NCBI GenBank assembly: GCA_032718475.1
Contig: JAUCBJ010002001.1
Span: 1 to 34,711, forward strand
Direction of reading: 5' to 3'
DNA: 34,711 nt
DNA from: Nemertoderma westbladi
Lineage: Eukaryota; Animalia; Xenacoelomorpha
Shown here: one piece after another, positions 10,398 through 21,402 of the stretch
How positions within the stretch are numbered: the first letter of the stretch is position 1
Layout of the letters: each line of letters opens with the position of its first letter
Notes under the pieces: generated by a model
What the model saw: the letters and a program-made list of their open reading frames with translations, nothing else
Database searches by the model: none
What the model was told of the DNA's origin: nothing
Position numbers and translations under genes: made by a program

Positions 10398-13300
10398 GTT
10401 AGTCAGAAGGACACAAGTAACAATGTGTTCCGAGCACTACGTGAAGGTTGGTCAGAAGGATACAAACAACAATATGTTCCGAGCTCTACGTGAAGGTTTG
10501 TCAAAAGGACACAAACAACAATGTGTTCCGAGCACTACGTGAAGGTTGGTCAGAAGGATACAAACAACAATATGTTCCGAGCTCTACGTGAAGGTTTGTC
10601 AGAAGGACACAAACAACAATGTGTTCCGAGCTCTACTTGAAAGTTGGTCAGAAGGACACGAACAACATAGGTGTTCCGAGTACTACCTACGTGAAGGTTG
10701 GTCAGAAGGACACAAACAACATAGGTGTTCCGAGTACTACCTACGTGAAGGTTGGTCAGAAGGACACGAACAAGTGTTCCGAGTACATACCTACGTGAAG
10801 GTTGGTCAGAAGGACACAAACAACAATGTGTTTCGAGCACTACATGAAGGTTGCTCAGAAGGACACGAACAACATAGGTGTTCCGAGTACTACCTACGTG
10901 AAGGTTGGTCAGAAGGACACAAACAACATAGGTGTTCCGAGCTCTACGTGAAGGTTACCCAGAAGGACACAAACAACAATGTGTTCCGAGCACTACGTGA
11001 AGGTTGGTCAGAAGGACACGAACAACATAGGTGTTCCGAGTACTACCTACGTGAAGGTTGGTCAGAAGGACACAAACAACAATGTGTTTCGAGCACTACA
11101 TGAAGGTAGTTCAGAAGGACACGAACAACATAGGTGTTCCGAGTACTACCTACGTGAAGGTTGGTCAGAAGGACACAAACAACAGGTGTTTCGAGCTCTA
11201 CGTGAAGGTTACCCAGAAGGACACAAACAACAATGTGTTCCGAGCACTACGTGAAGGTTGGTCAGAAGGACACAAACAACATAGGTGTTCCGAGCACTAC
11301 GTGAAGGTTTGTCAGAAGGACACAAACAACAATGTGTTCCGAGCTCTACGTGAAGGTTACTCAGAAGGACACAAACAACAATGTGTTCCGAACACTACGT
11401 GAAGGTTGGTCAGAAGGACACGAACAACATAGGTGTTCCGAGTACTACCTACGTGAATGTTGGTCAGAAGGACACAAACAACATAGGTGTTCCGAGTACT
11501 ACCTACGTGAAGGTTGGTCAGAAGTACCCAAACAACAATGTGTTCCGAGCTCTACGTGAAGGTTACCCAGAAGGACTCAAACAACAATGTGTTCCGAGCA
11601 CTACGTGAAGGTTGGTCAGAAGGACACGAACAACATAGGTGTTCCGAGTACTACGTGAAGGTTGGTCAGAAGGACACAAGTAACAATGTGTTCCGAGGAC
11701 TACGTGAAGGTTTGTCAGAAGGACACAAACAACAATGTGTTCCGAGCTCTACGTGAAGGTTTGTCAGAAGGACACAAACAACAATGTGTTCCGAGCTCTA
11801 CGTGAAGGTTACTCAGAAGGACACAAACAACAATGTGTTCCGAACACTACGTGAAGGTTGGTCAGAAGGACACGAACAACATAGGTGTTCCGAGTACTAC
11901 CTACGTGAATGTTGGTCAGAAGGACACAAACAACATAGGTGTTCCGAGTACTACCTACGTGAAGGTTTGTTAGAAGGACACAAACAACAATGTGTTCCGA
12001 GCTCTACGTGAAGGTTACCCAGAAGGACACAAACAACAATGTGTTCCGAGCACTACGTGAAGGTTGGTCAGAAGGACACAAACAACATAGGTGTTCCGAG
12101 CACTACGTGAAGGTTGGTCAGAAGGGCACAAACAACATAGGTGTTTCGAGCTCTACTTGAAGGTTGGTCAGAAGTACACAAACAACAATGTGTTCCGAGC
12201 TCTACGTGAAGGTTACCCAGAAGGACTCAAACAACAATGTGTTCCGAGCACTACGTGAAGGTTGGTCAGAAGGACACGAACAACATAGGTGTTCCGAGTA
12301 CTACGTGAAGGTTGGTCAGAAGGACACAAACAACATAGGTGTTCCGAGCACTACGTGAAGGTTGGTCAGAAGGGCACAAACAACATAGGTGTTTCGAGCT
12401 CTACTTGAAGGTTGGTCAGAAGTACACAAACAACAATGTGTTCCGAGCTCTACGTGAAGGTTACCCAGAAGGACACAAACAACAATGTGTTCCGAGCACT
12501 ACGTGAAGGTTGGTCAGAAGGACACAAACAACATAGGTGTTCCGAGCACTACGTGAAGGTTGGTCAGAAGGGCACAAACAACATAGGTGTTTCGAGCTCT
12601 ACTTGAAGGTTGGTCAGAAGTACACAAACAACAATGTGTTCCGAGCTCTACGTGAAGGTTGGTCAGAAGTACACAAACAACAATGTGTTCCGAGCTCTAC
12701 GTGAAGGTTACCCAGAAGGACTCAAACAACAATGTGTTCCGAGCACTACGTGAAGGTTGGTCAGAAGGACACGAACAACATAGGTGTTCCGAGTACTACG
12801 TGAAGGTTTGTCAGAAGGACACGGACACAAACAAAAATGTGTTCCGAGCACTACGTGAAGGTTGGTCAGAAGGACACAAGTAACAATGTGTTCCGAGGAC
12901 TACGTGAAGGTTTGTCAGAAGGACACAAACAACAATGTGTTCCGAGCTCTACGTGAAGGTTTGTCAGAAGGACACAAACAACAATGTGTTCCGAGCTCTA
13001 CGTGAAGGTTGGTCAGAAGGACACGAACAACATAGGTGTTCCGAGTACTACGTGAAGGTTTGTCAGAAGGACACGGACACAAACAAAAATGTGTTCCGAG
13101 CACTACGTGAAGGTTGGTCAGAAGGACACAAGTAACAATGTGTTCCGAGGACTACGTGAAGGTTTGTCAGAAGGACACAAACAACAATGTGTTCCGAGCT
13201 CTACGTGAAGGTTGGTCAGAAGGACACGAACAACATAGGTGTTCCGAGTACTACGTGAAGGTTTGTCAGAAGGACACGGACACAAACAAAAATGTGTTCC

Positions 13301-15828
13301 GAGCACTACGTGAAGGTTGGTCAGAAGGACACAAGTAACAATGTGTTCCGAGGACTACGTGAAGGTTTGTCAGAAGGACACAAACAACAATGTGTTCCGA
13401 GCACTACGTGAAGGTTGGTCAGAAGGACACAAACAACAATGTGTTCCGAGCTCTACGTGAAGGTTTGTCAGAAGGACACAAACAACAATGTGTTCCGAGC
13501 ACTACGTGAAGGTTGGTCAGAAGGACACAGATACAAACAAAAATGTGTTCCGAGCACTACGTGAAGGTTGGTCAGAAGGACACAAGTAACAATGTGTTCC
13601 GAGGACTACGTGAAGGTTTGTCAGAAGGACACAAACAACAATGTGTTCCGAGCTCTACGTGAAGGTTTGTCAGAAGGACACAAACAACAATGTGTTCCGA
13701 GCACTACGTGAAGGTTGGTCAGAAGGATACAAACAACAATATGTTCCGAGCTCTACGTGAAGGTTTGTCAGAAGGACACAAACAACAATGTGTTCCGAGC
13801 TCTACTTGAAAGTTGGTCAGAAGGACACGAACAACATAGGTGTTCCGAGTACTACCTACGTGAAGGTTGGTCAGAAGGACACGAACAAGTGTTCCGAGTA
13901 CATACCTACGTGAAGGTTGGTCAGAAGGACACAAACAACAATGTGTTTCGAGCACTACATGAAGGTTGTTCAGAAGGACACGAACAACATAGGTGTTCCG
14001 AGTACTACCTACGTGAAGGTTGGTCAGAAGGACACGAACAAGTGTTCCGAGTACATACCTACGTGAAGGTTGGTCAGAAGGACACAAACAACAATGTGTT
14101 TCGAGCACTACATGAAGGTTGTTCAGAAGGACACGAACAACATAGGTGTTCCGAGTACTACCTACGTGAAGGTTGGTCAGAAGGACACAAACAACATAGG
14201 TGTTCCGAGCTCTACGTGAAGGTTACCCAGAAGGACACAAACAACAATGTGTTCCGAGCACTACGTGAAGGTTGGTCAGAAGGACACGAACAACATAGGT
14301 GTTCCGAGTACTACCTACGTGAAGGTTGGTCAGACGGACACAAACAACAATGTGTTTCGAGCACTACATGAAGGTTGTTCAGAAGGACACGAACAACATA
14401 GGTGTTCCGAGTACTACCTACGTGAAGGTTGGTCAGAAGGACACAAACAACAGGTGTTTCGAGCTCTACGTGAAGGTTACCCAGAAGGACACAAACAACA
14501 ATGTGTTCCGAGCACTACGTGAATGTTGGTCAGAAGGACACAAACAACATAGGTGTTCCGAATACTACGTGAAGGTTGGTCAGAAGTACACAAACAACAA
14601 TGTGTTCCGAGCTCTACGTGAAGGTTACCCAGAAGTACTCAAACAACAATGTGTTCCGAGCACTACGTGAAGGTTGGTCAGAAGGACACGAACAACATAG
14701 GTGTTCCGAGTACTGCGTGAAGGTTGGTCAGAAGGACACGGACACAAACAAAAATGTGTTCCGAGCACTACGTGAAGGTTGGTCAGAAGGACACAAGTAA
14801 CAATGTGTTCCGAGGACTACGTGAAGGTTTGTCAGAAGGACACAAACAACAATGTGTTCCGAGCACTACGTGAAGGTTTGTCAGAAGGACACGGACACAA
14901 ACAAAAATGTGTTCCGAGCACTACGTGAAGGTTGGTCAGAAGGACACAAGTAACAATGTGTTCCGAGGACTACGTGAAGGTTTGTCAGAAGGACACAAAC
15001 AACAATGTGTTCCGAGCTCTACGTGAAGGTTACCCAGAAGGACACGAACAACATAGGTGTTCCGAGCACTACGTGAAGATTGGTCAGAAGGACACAAGTA
15101 ACAATGTGTTCCGAGGACTACGTGAAGGTTTGTCAGAAGGACACAAACAACAATGTGTTCCGAGCACTACGTGAAGGTTTGTCAGAAGGGCACAAACAAC
15201 AATGTGTTTCGAGCTCTACGTGAAGGTTGGTCAGAAGGACACAAACAACATAGGTGTTCCGGGTACTACGTGAAGGTTGGTCAGAAGGACACAGACACAA
15301 ACAAAAATGTGTTCCGAGCACTACGTGAAGGTTGGTCAGAAGGACACAAGTAACAATGTGTTCCGAGCACTACGTGAAGGTTTGTCAGAAGGACACAAAC
15401 AACAATGTGTTCCGAGCTATACGTGAAGGTTACCCAGAAGGACACAAACAACAATGTGTTCCGAGCACTACGTGAAGGTTTGTCAGAAGGGCACAAACAA
15501 CAATGTGTTCCGAGCTCTACGTGAAGGTTACACAGAAGGACACAAACAACAATGTGTTCCGAGCACTACGTGAAGGTTTGTCAGAAGGGCACAAACAACA
15601 ATGTGTTCCGAGCTCTACGTGAAGGTTACCCAGAAGGACACAAACAACAATGTGTTCCGAGCACTACGTGAAGGTTTGTCAGAAGGGCACAAACAACAAT
15701 GTGTTCCGAGCACTACGTGAAGGTTGGTCAGAAGGACACGAACAACAATGTGTTCCGAGTATTACGTGAAGGTTACCCAGAAGGACACAAACAACAATGT
15801 GTTCCGAGCACTACGTGAAGGTTGGTCA
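10357..15828 (+). repeat. 49-bp minisatellite, roughly 110 copies, derived from the exon 2 / intron junction
   Basis: Consensus gaaggacacaaacaacaatgtgttccgagcactacgtgaag|gttggtca, with 53- and 55-bp length variants. The first copy overlaps the last 41 nt of exon 2. Confidence 0.97.
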
Positions 15829-16124
15829 AGTTAGTTCTGTGTGGATGGATGTAACTGTGTGAGAGCAGTGGGTTCCAGTTTCGGGGGTATTGGAGGGGAG
15901 GGGAGGGGGGTTGTTGGGTTGGATGAGGGTAGATGGCTGACTTACTTTTGACGCAATCATAACTAAACCTTCTCCATGGGAATAATCTAAGAACCCCATG
16001 CTATTGACTGGCTTTCCTTTATTGTTTTTGATTTATGACTTAATTCTTCGAGGTGAGATACTCAATTACTTCGATAATATTTGACGAAGACATTTATTAA
16101 CCATTTCTTTTCACTTTTTCGCAG

Positions 16125-16265
16125 CTTGTAAGTGTGTATCCGCCGGGGCTGCTATTATAATATCCACTGCTTCCTGTGCTACTAGTTCTGCAATACAAAG
16201 CTTGTCTCAAAGCCTCCACATTCCCCATCTAATGTTGCCCACCGAACACTGTCCAATACAACCAG
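16125..16265 (+). CDS. GRID: GluD-like receptor exon 3
   Basis: Polypyrimidine tract plus cgcag|; (A)CKCVSAGAAIIISTASCATSSAIQSLSQSLHIPHLMLPTEHCPIQP; CAG|GTAAGT. 141 nt. Matches GluD '[23 protein letters not shown]'. Confidence 0.92.
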
Positions 16266-16743
16266 GTAAGTAAATCTTTTCAACTTTGTTTGTATCGCTA
16301 TTTATGATAACTGTAAAAGTAAAAGTGACAATGCAATTAATCCACGCGCGCATCATCCATGGTTGGTAACAAACAGAAACAGCCACGGTCCTAAAATCTA
16401 TGTCAAGTGTATTAGGTTCTTATGATAAAACTTCATCACTTACGTTATCCTTCGACTATCATTTATCTGCCGTGTCCAGATTGAGATATTAAGGAAGGGA
16501 TTCCCAGATTAAGATATCTACTCACTCAACCAAAGATCCTACTGTCACAACGTCCTGGCTCGTGATGCTTTTACCTCTACTGTGTTGACGTGTAAAGTTA
16601 CTTATTGTTCAACTTCCGCAGTTATATAATATTAATTAATTATCTTTGAAGTACAGTTACTTTCTTGCTCTTAGTGTCTAGCTCTTAGATATTACGACAA
16701 TGTTGTGAAACTATAATAGTTCGTATTGCTTTTTTTTCTATAG

Positions 16744-16866
16744 ATATTCATTTTACGGTTACGATGGAACCAGAATGGCAACTTGTCGATTTGGGAGTTG
16801 CAGAAGTTGTCAAGCATTTGAAAATGCGTCGTATTGTCGTATTATATGAAATGACCGATGGTGCAG
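16744..16866 (+). CDS. GRID: GluD-like receptor exon 4
   Basis: tttttttctatag|; (D)IHFTVTMEPEWQLVDLGVAEVVKHLKMRRIVVLYEMTDGA; CAG|GTAGGT. 123 nt, phase 1-1. Typical iGluR ATD 'F/YT...P....D.....V....W..F...Y' pattern. Confidence 0.88.
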
Positions 16867-17026
16867 GTAGGTGTTACTTAATTACTTTACGAAACATAAT
16901 ATTGTGTAATATACAAAATATGTGAGATACTATATGAGATTTGTGATTGTGCAGAGTATGTGTTCCTAGCTGGTGTTCATTAAAGTTTAATTTAAGATAG
17001 TAAATTTCCTATATTTTTTTTATCAG

Positions 17027-17177
17027 ATATCCACCACGATATTCTTCTTAAGGAGCGGATTGAGGGCAATGTATTTATGCAGCCTATCGACAGCAGTAAA
17101 AGTTATACACGCCAGCACGAGGTGAAAACTTACAATGGTTGGGCCGATGAGTTTGTGCCCAAGAAGGCGAGTGCAGA
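17027..17177 (+). CDS. GRID: GluD-like receptor exon 5
   Basis: ttttttttatcag|; (D)IHHDILLKERIEGNVFMQPIDSSKSYTRQHEVKTYNGWADEFVPKKASA; GA|GTGAGT. 151 nt, phase 1-2, compatible with exon 6. Confidence 0.78.
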
Positions 17178-17273
17178 GTGAGTTAATTATTTAGCATAAC
17201 CTTGCATAGGTCTTATAGTGATGGGAGTCTGAGATAGGAAACTACCAGGGCCCCGGTCGTGGCCCGAGGCAAA

Positions 17274-18898
17274 CCAGGCCCCGACTCCACCCCGGCGTTC
17301 AGACCCGGCCCCGGCTCCAACCCCGGCTTTCAGACCCGGCCCCGACTCCAACCCCTGCTTTCAGACCCGGCCCCGACTCCAACGAGTCCAACCCCGGCTT
17401 TCAGACCCGGCCCCGTCTCCAACCCCGGCTTTCAGACCCGGCCCCGGCTCCAACCCCGGCTTTCAGACCCGGCCCCGACTCCAACCCCTGCTTTCAGACC
17501 CGGCCCCGACTCCAACGAGTCCAACCCCGGCTTTCAGACCCGGCCCCGGCTCCAACCCCGGCTTTCAGACCCGGCCCCGGCTCCAACCCCGGCTTTCAGA
17601 CCCGGCCCCGACTCCAACCCCGGCTTTCAGACCCGGCCCCGACTCCAACGAGTCCAACCCCGGCTTTCAGACCCGGCCCGGCTCCAACCCCGACTTTCAG
17701 ACCCGGCCCCGGCTCCAACCCCGGCTTTCAGACCCGGCCCCGACTCAAACGACCCCAACCCCGGCTTTCAGACCCGGCCCCGGCTCCAACCCCGGCTTTC
17801 AGACCCGGCCCCGACTCCAACCCCGGCTTTCAGACCCGGCCCCGTCTCCAACCCCAGCTTTCAGACCCGGCCCCGGCTCCAACCCCGGCTTTCAGACCCG
17901 GCCCCGACTCCAACCCCGGCTTTCAGACCCGGCCCCGACTCCAACCCCTGCTTTCAGACCCGGCCCCGACTCCAACGAGTCCAACCCCGGCTTTCAGACC
18001 CGGCCCCGGCTCCAACCCCGGCTTTCAGACCCGGCCCCGGCTCCAACCCCGGCTTTCAGACCCGGCCCCGGCTCCAACCCCGGCTTTCAGACCCGGCCCC
18101 GACTCCAACCCCGGCTTTCAGACCCGGCCCCGTCTCCAACCCCAGCTTTCAGACCCGGCCCCGGCTCCAACCCGGCTTTCAGACCCGGCCCCGACTCCAA
18201 CCCCGGCTTTCAGACCCGGCCCCGACTCCAACCCCTGCTTTCAGACCCGGCCCCGACTCCAACGAGTCCAACCCCGGCTTTCAGACCCGGCCCCGGCTCC
18301 AACCCCGGCTTTCAGACCCGGCCCCGGCTCCAACCCCGGCTTTCAGACCCGGCCCCGGCTCCAACCCCGGCTTTCAGACCCGGCCCCAACTCCAACCCCT
18401 GCTTTCAGACCCGGCCCCGACTCCAACGAGTCCAACCCCGGCTTTCAGACCCGGCCCCGGCTCCAACCCCGGCTTTCAGACCCGGCCCCGGCTCCAACCC
18501 CGGCTTTCAGACCCGACCCCGACTCCAACCCCGGCTTTCAGACCCGGCCCAGACTCCAACCCCTGCTTTCAGACCCGGCCCCGACTCCAACGAGTCCAAC
18601 CCCGGCTTTCAGACCCGGCCCCGGCTCCAACCCCGGCTTTCAGACCCGGCCCCGGCTCCAACCCCGGCTTTCAGACCCGGCCCCGGCTCCAACCCCGGCT
18701 TTCAGACCCGGCCCCGACTCCAACCCCGGCTTTCAGACCCGGCCCCGACTCCAACCCCGGCTTTCAGACCCGGCCCCGCCTCCAACGAGTCCAACCCCGG
18801 CTTTCAGACCCGGCCCGGCTCCAACCCCGACTTTCACACCCGGCCCCGGCTCCAACCCCGGCTTTCAGACCCGGCCCCGACTTCAACCCCGGGCTTCA
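17274..18898 (+). repeat. 31-bp C-rich minisatellite, roughly 50 copies
   Basis: Unit ctttcagacccggccccg(g/a)ctccaaccccgg, with recurrent 40-bp variants carrying an extra ccaacgagt. Confidence 0.97.
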
Positions 18899-20216
18899 AA
18901 ATGCCGGGAATAAAATTTAAATGTTTTTGCATTTTTACTTCCCATTCTACCCATTACTATATGAAATTATCCGGTAAAATACACCCTTTGCTTCATGCCT
19001 ATTCTGTTACATCTCATTATAATCACCAATGTATCTTGTTTATTTCTTTACATAACAAATCTTTTTTTTAAGTAGATCCTGGAGGCTGGAGACAGGGGGG
19101 GGAAACGGGACGCAAATCCCATCTTGGCGAATTAATATCCCGCCTCGATGTTAAATTCTCAATTAGGGGAAAGGAGCAGGTTACAGTGGCACGTTATTTT
19201 AACCAAAACAATAAACTAAACACAATAGAATACGTTACAGTTTTATTTGTGAGAGTAATCAGCTGTTATTTGCGTCGAATTTCTCCTGGAGAGGGATGAG
19301 TTTTTATTGCGTCAAGTTTCCCCCCTATCTGAAATCCTGATAGATATAATTAATATAAAGCAAACATTGCAAAAAAATAGACTTCTAGAAAATTGCAATT
19401 AAAATAAATAAATATATCTACCACACCATAAACAAACCCATCCCCAGTGAATGTCACTGCTTCACCACTGGTGGGGCTCGGTACCGATCTGCGAGATTTA
19501 TATACCATTTACATACCAAATACAATATATTATTTTATATTATTATTTAATAACATTTTTGTGCTCTAATATGCTCCACCCTATATCAGTGGTTAGTATT
19601 TATTTATTTAACTTAAGTAGTTTAATTAATTCCTATTTTCACAAGTTTTCCTGGACATTATAGGATGCTCTAATCTCTAAAATTTCACCACTGATATATT
19701 CTTGTCTCTACTAGTTGTTGTTACTAGGGGCTCTTTAACTTGTTACAACTTTTTCATATTTGTTAATTAAGTAATAATAATAAGATAATGTTTATACCTC
19801 AAATAATAATATTTTTAACTTATTTACAACATCGTCTCAAATTGAACGATTTATGGATAAACTTGTAATCTCTGTAAAGTAATAGTTTAACAATCGCCCG
19901 TCGTCCACGCCACATAATTCGTGTTTATTGTGGAATTCATGGCGCAAAATGATGGCATACACCAACAACTATGTGTGTAGTGGGTTAAGACAAAATTTTG
20001 TTAAATTTAAATTAATTTAAGAAGAACAAAGGAGCAGGATACAGTGGCGGTATTTTAACTAAAACAATAAACAAAATATTATTTCACTTGCGTTCAATTT
20101 GCGCAAATTGCAAAAAGTGTATGTGGCACAGAAATTAATTGGGGATCGAAAGGGTTAACTATAATGTTGTTACTTATGTTTACTAATATAACTTATTGTC
20201 TGTATTTATTCCTTAG

Positions 20217-20394
20217 TCGCTACAAAGCAAGTGACGCCAATTACGAGTCTTTAAGCAATCGGTACGAGACTCACAGCTCACCTCGCCTTGAAGTCGAGAA
20301 TCAGCCATCGTTGTTGCAAGAACTTCGGGACAGGGGTGATCGAGATTTCGTGTTGCTATGCCAAACTTATGTTTGCATCCAGACGATACATGAG
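20217..20394 (+). CDS. GRID: GluD-like receptor exon 6
   Basis: atttattccttag|; (D)RYKASDANYESLSNRYETHSSPRLEVENQPSLLQELRDRGDRDFVLLCQTYVCIQTIHE; GAG|GTAGGG. 178 nt, phase 2-0. 'LLQELR...R.FVLLC' is a typical iGluR ATD lower-lobe motif. Confidence 0.82.
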
Positions 20395-21080
20395 GTAGGG
20401 CATCGCCCCACACGAAACGCTATCGTCTATCTATTTAAATCGTAGATAAACTAATGAACTTTTTCAATGAGAAAAAGTTAATTGTATTTATACCTTAGGG
20501 GAGAGGTTTCTTAGTCCTTTTGTTGAATGACTGGTAATAATTATCTTGAATTTGATTTTAGATCGATCGGAAACCAATTAAATGTTCTCAGCGCAAAGCA
20601 ACCACCAAGTCCCTTGATTTAATCCGTGCCAATTTATTATAGGGCGGGCCTATTACCTCAGGGACACGCTAAATGTATTTTAGCTTTTTCGAGGGAATAC
20701 GGCGATGGCAGTGTGCAATGACTTCTTGCTGCTCGAAAGTCCCACGAACGTGTGTAAATGTCATCTGTGGAGGTGGATACATCCGATGCAATGGGCACTA
20801 CCAAATTTGCGGAAAATCATGCCAATAGTAACATTGTTGCTCGGTAAAAGAGACATTGCTAAGTACAAAAATTAGCTTTATTTGACCGGCAGTCAGCACA
20901 TTATATTGGTCACATTTTAGAAAGCCCAAAGGTTATTATAGTAGCATTCCGTCTCCTGTCCTTATTACTATTAAATGTGTGGGGCATTAATTCTTACCTT
21001 GAAACTCATTCATTGGATATTAATTTATAGTACCCTATAGTACTTTCACTGTATGTCACTTTTTATCTAATCTGTTACAG

Positions 21081-21254
21081 GCGGCCGATTTAGATATGCT
21101 AGCCGTTCAATATTCCTGGATAATTGGCTCATATAACCTTATGATAGAAGATCTACCTGTATTCAACCACACATTTGCAACCGTAGTGTTGGTTCACAGG
21201 AACACCGCGGTTAATAACGTTGGCGCCAATTGGGAGCAATTTAGGCAATTTAAA
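21081..21254 (+). CDS. GRID: GluD-like receptor exon 7
   Basis: ctgttacag|; AADLDMLAVQYSWIIGSYNLMIEDLPVFNHTFATVVLVHRNTAVNNVGANWEQFRQFK; AAA|GTGAGT. 174 nt, phase 0-0. 'A..L.M....Y.WI' is an iGluR ATD motif. Confidence 0.88.
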
Positions 21255-21270
21255 GTGAGTTAAATACAAA

Positions 21271-21390
21271 GGTGGGGTGGAAGCTCAGTTGTTTGAGCGC
21301 CAGGCTTACAATCTATTGGTTGTAGGTTCGAGCCCCACCAGGGTCCAATCAGCCTATCATCCACTGCGGTCGATAAAATAGGACCATTTG
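21271..21390 (+). mobile_element. tRNA-derived SINE head and central core
   Basis: A-box-like agctcagttgtttgagc, B-box ggttcgagccc (21325-21335) and complementary ggtgggg/ccccacc ends. These are followed by tcagcctatcatccactgcggtcgataaaataggacca, which resembles a core shared by many metazoan SINEs. Confidence 0.7.
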
Positions 21391-21402
21391 AAATAGGATT
21401 TG

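Noticed and set aside
10546-15496. Many short ORFs (e.g. ...NNNVFRALREGWSEG...)
   Set aside because: Products of a 49-bp repeat cycling through frames; only the first copy is plausibly exonic.
10357-15828. CRISPR-like repeat array
   Set aside because: Units are contiguous with no unique spacers, there are no cas genes, and the context is a spliceosomal intron.
17259-18920. 553-aa Pro-rich ORF
   Set aside because: GTG start and a 31-bp period that cycles through all frames. The C-rich unit simply lacks stop codons, and it lies in an intron.
21271-21345. Functional tRNA gene
   Set aside because: The anticodon stem does not pair, there is no poly-T terminator, and it continues into a SINE-type core.
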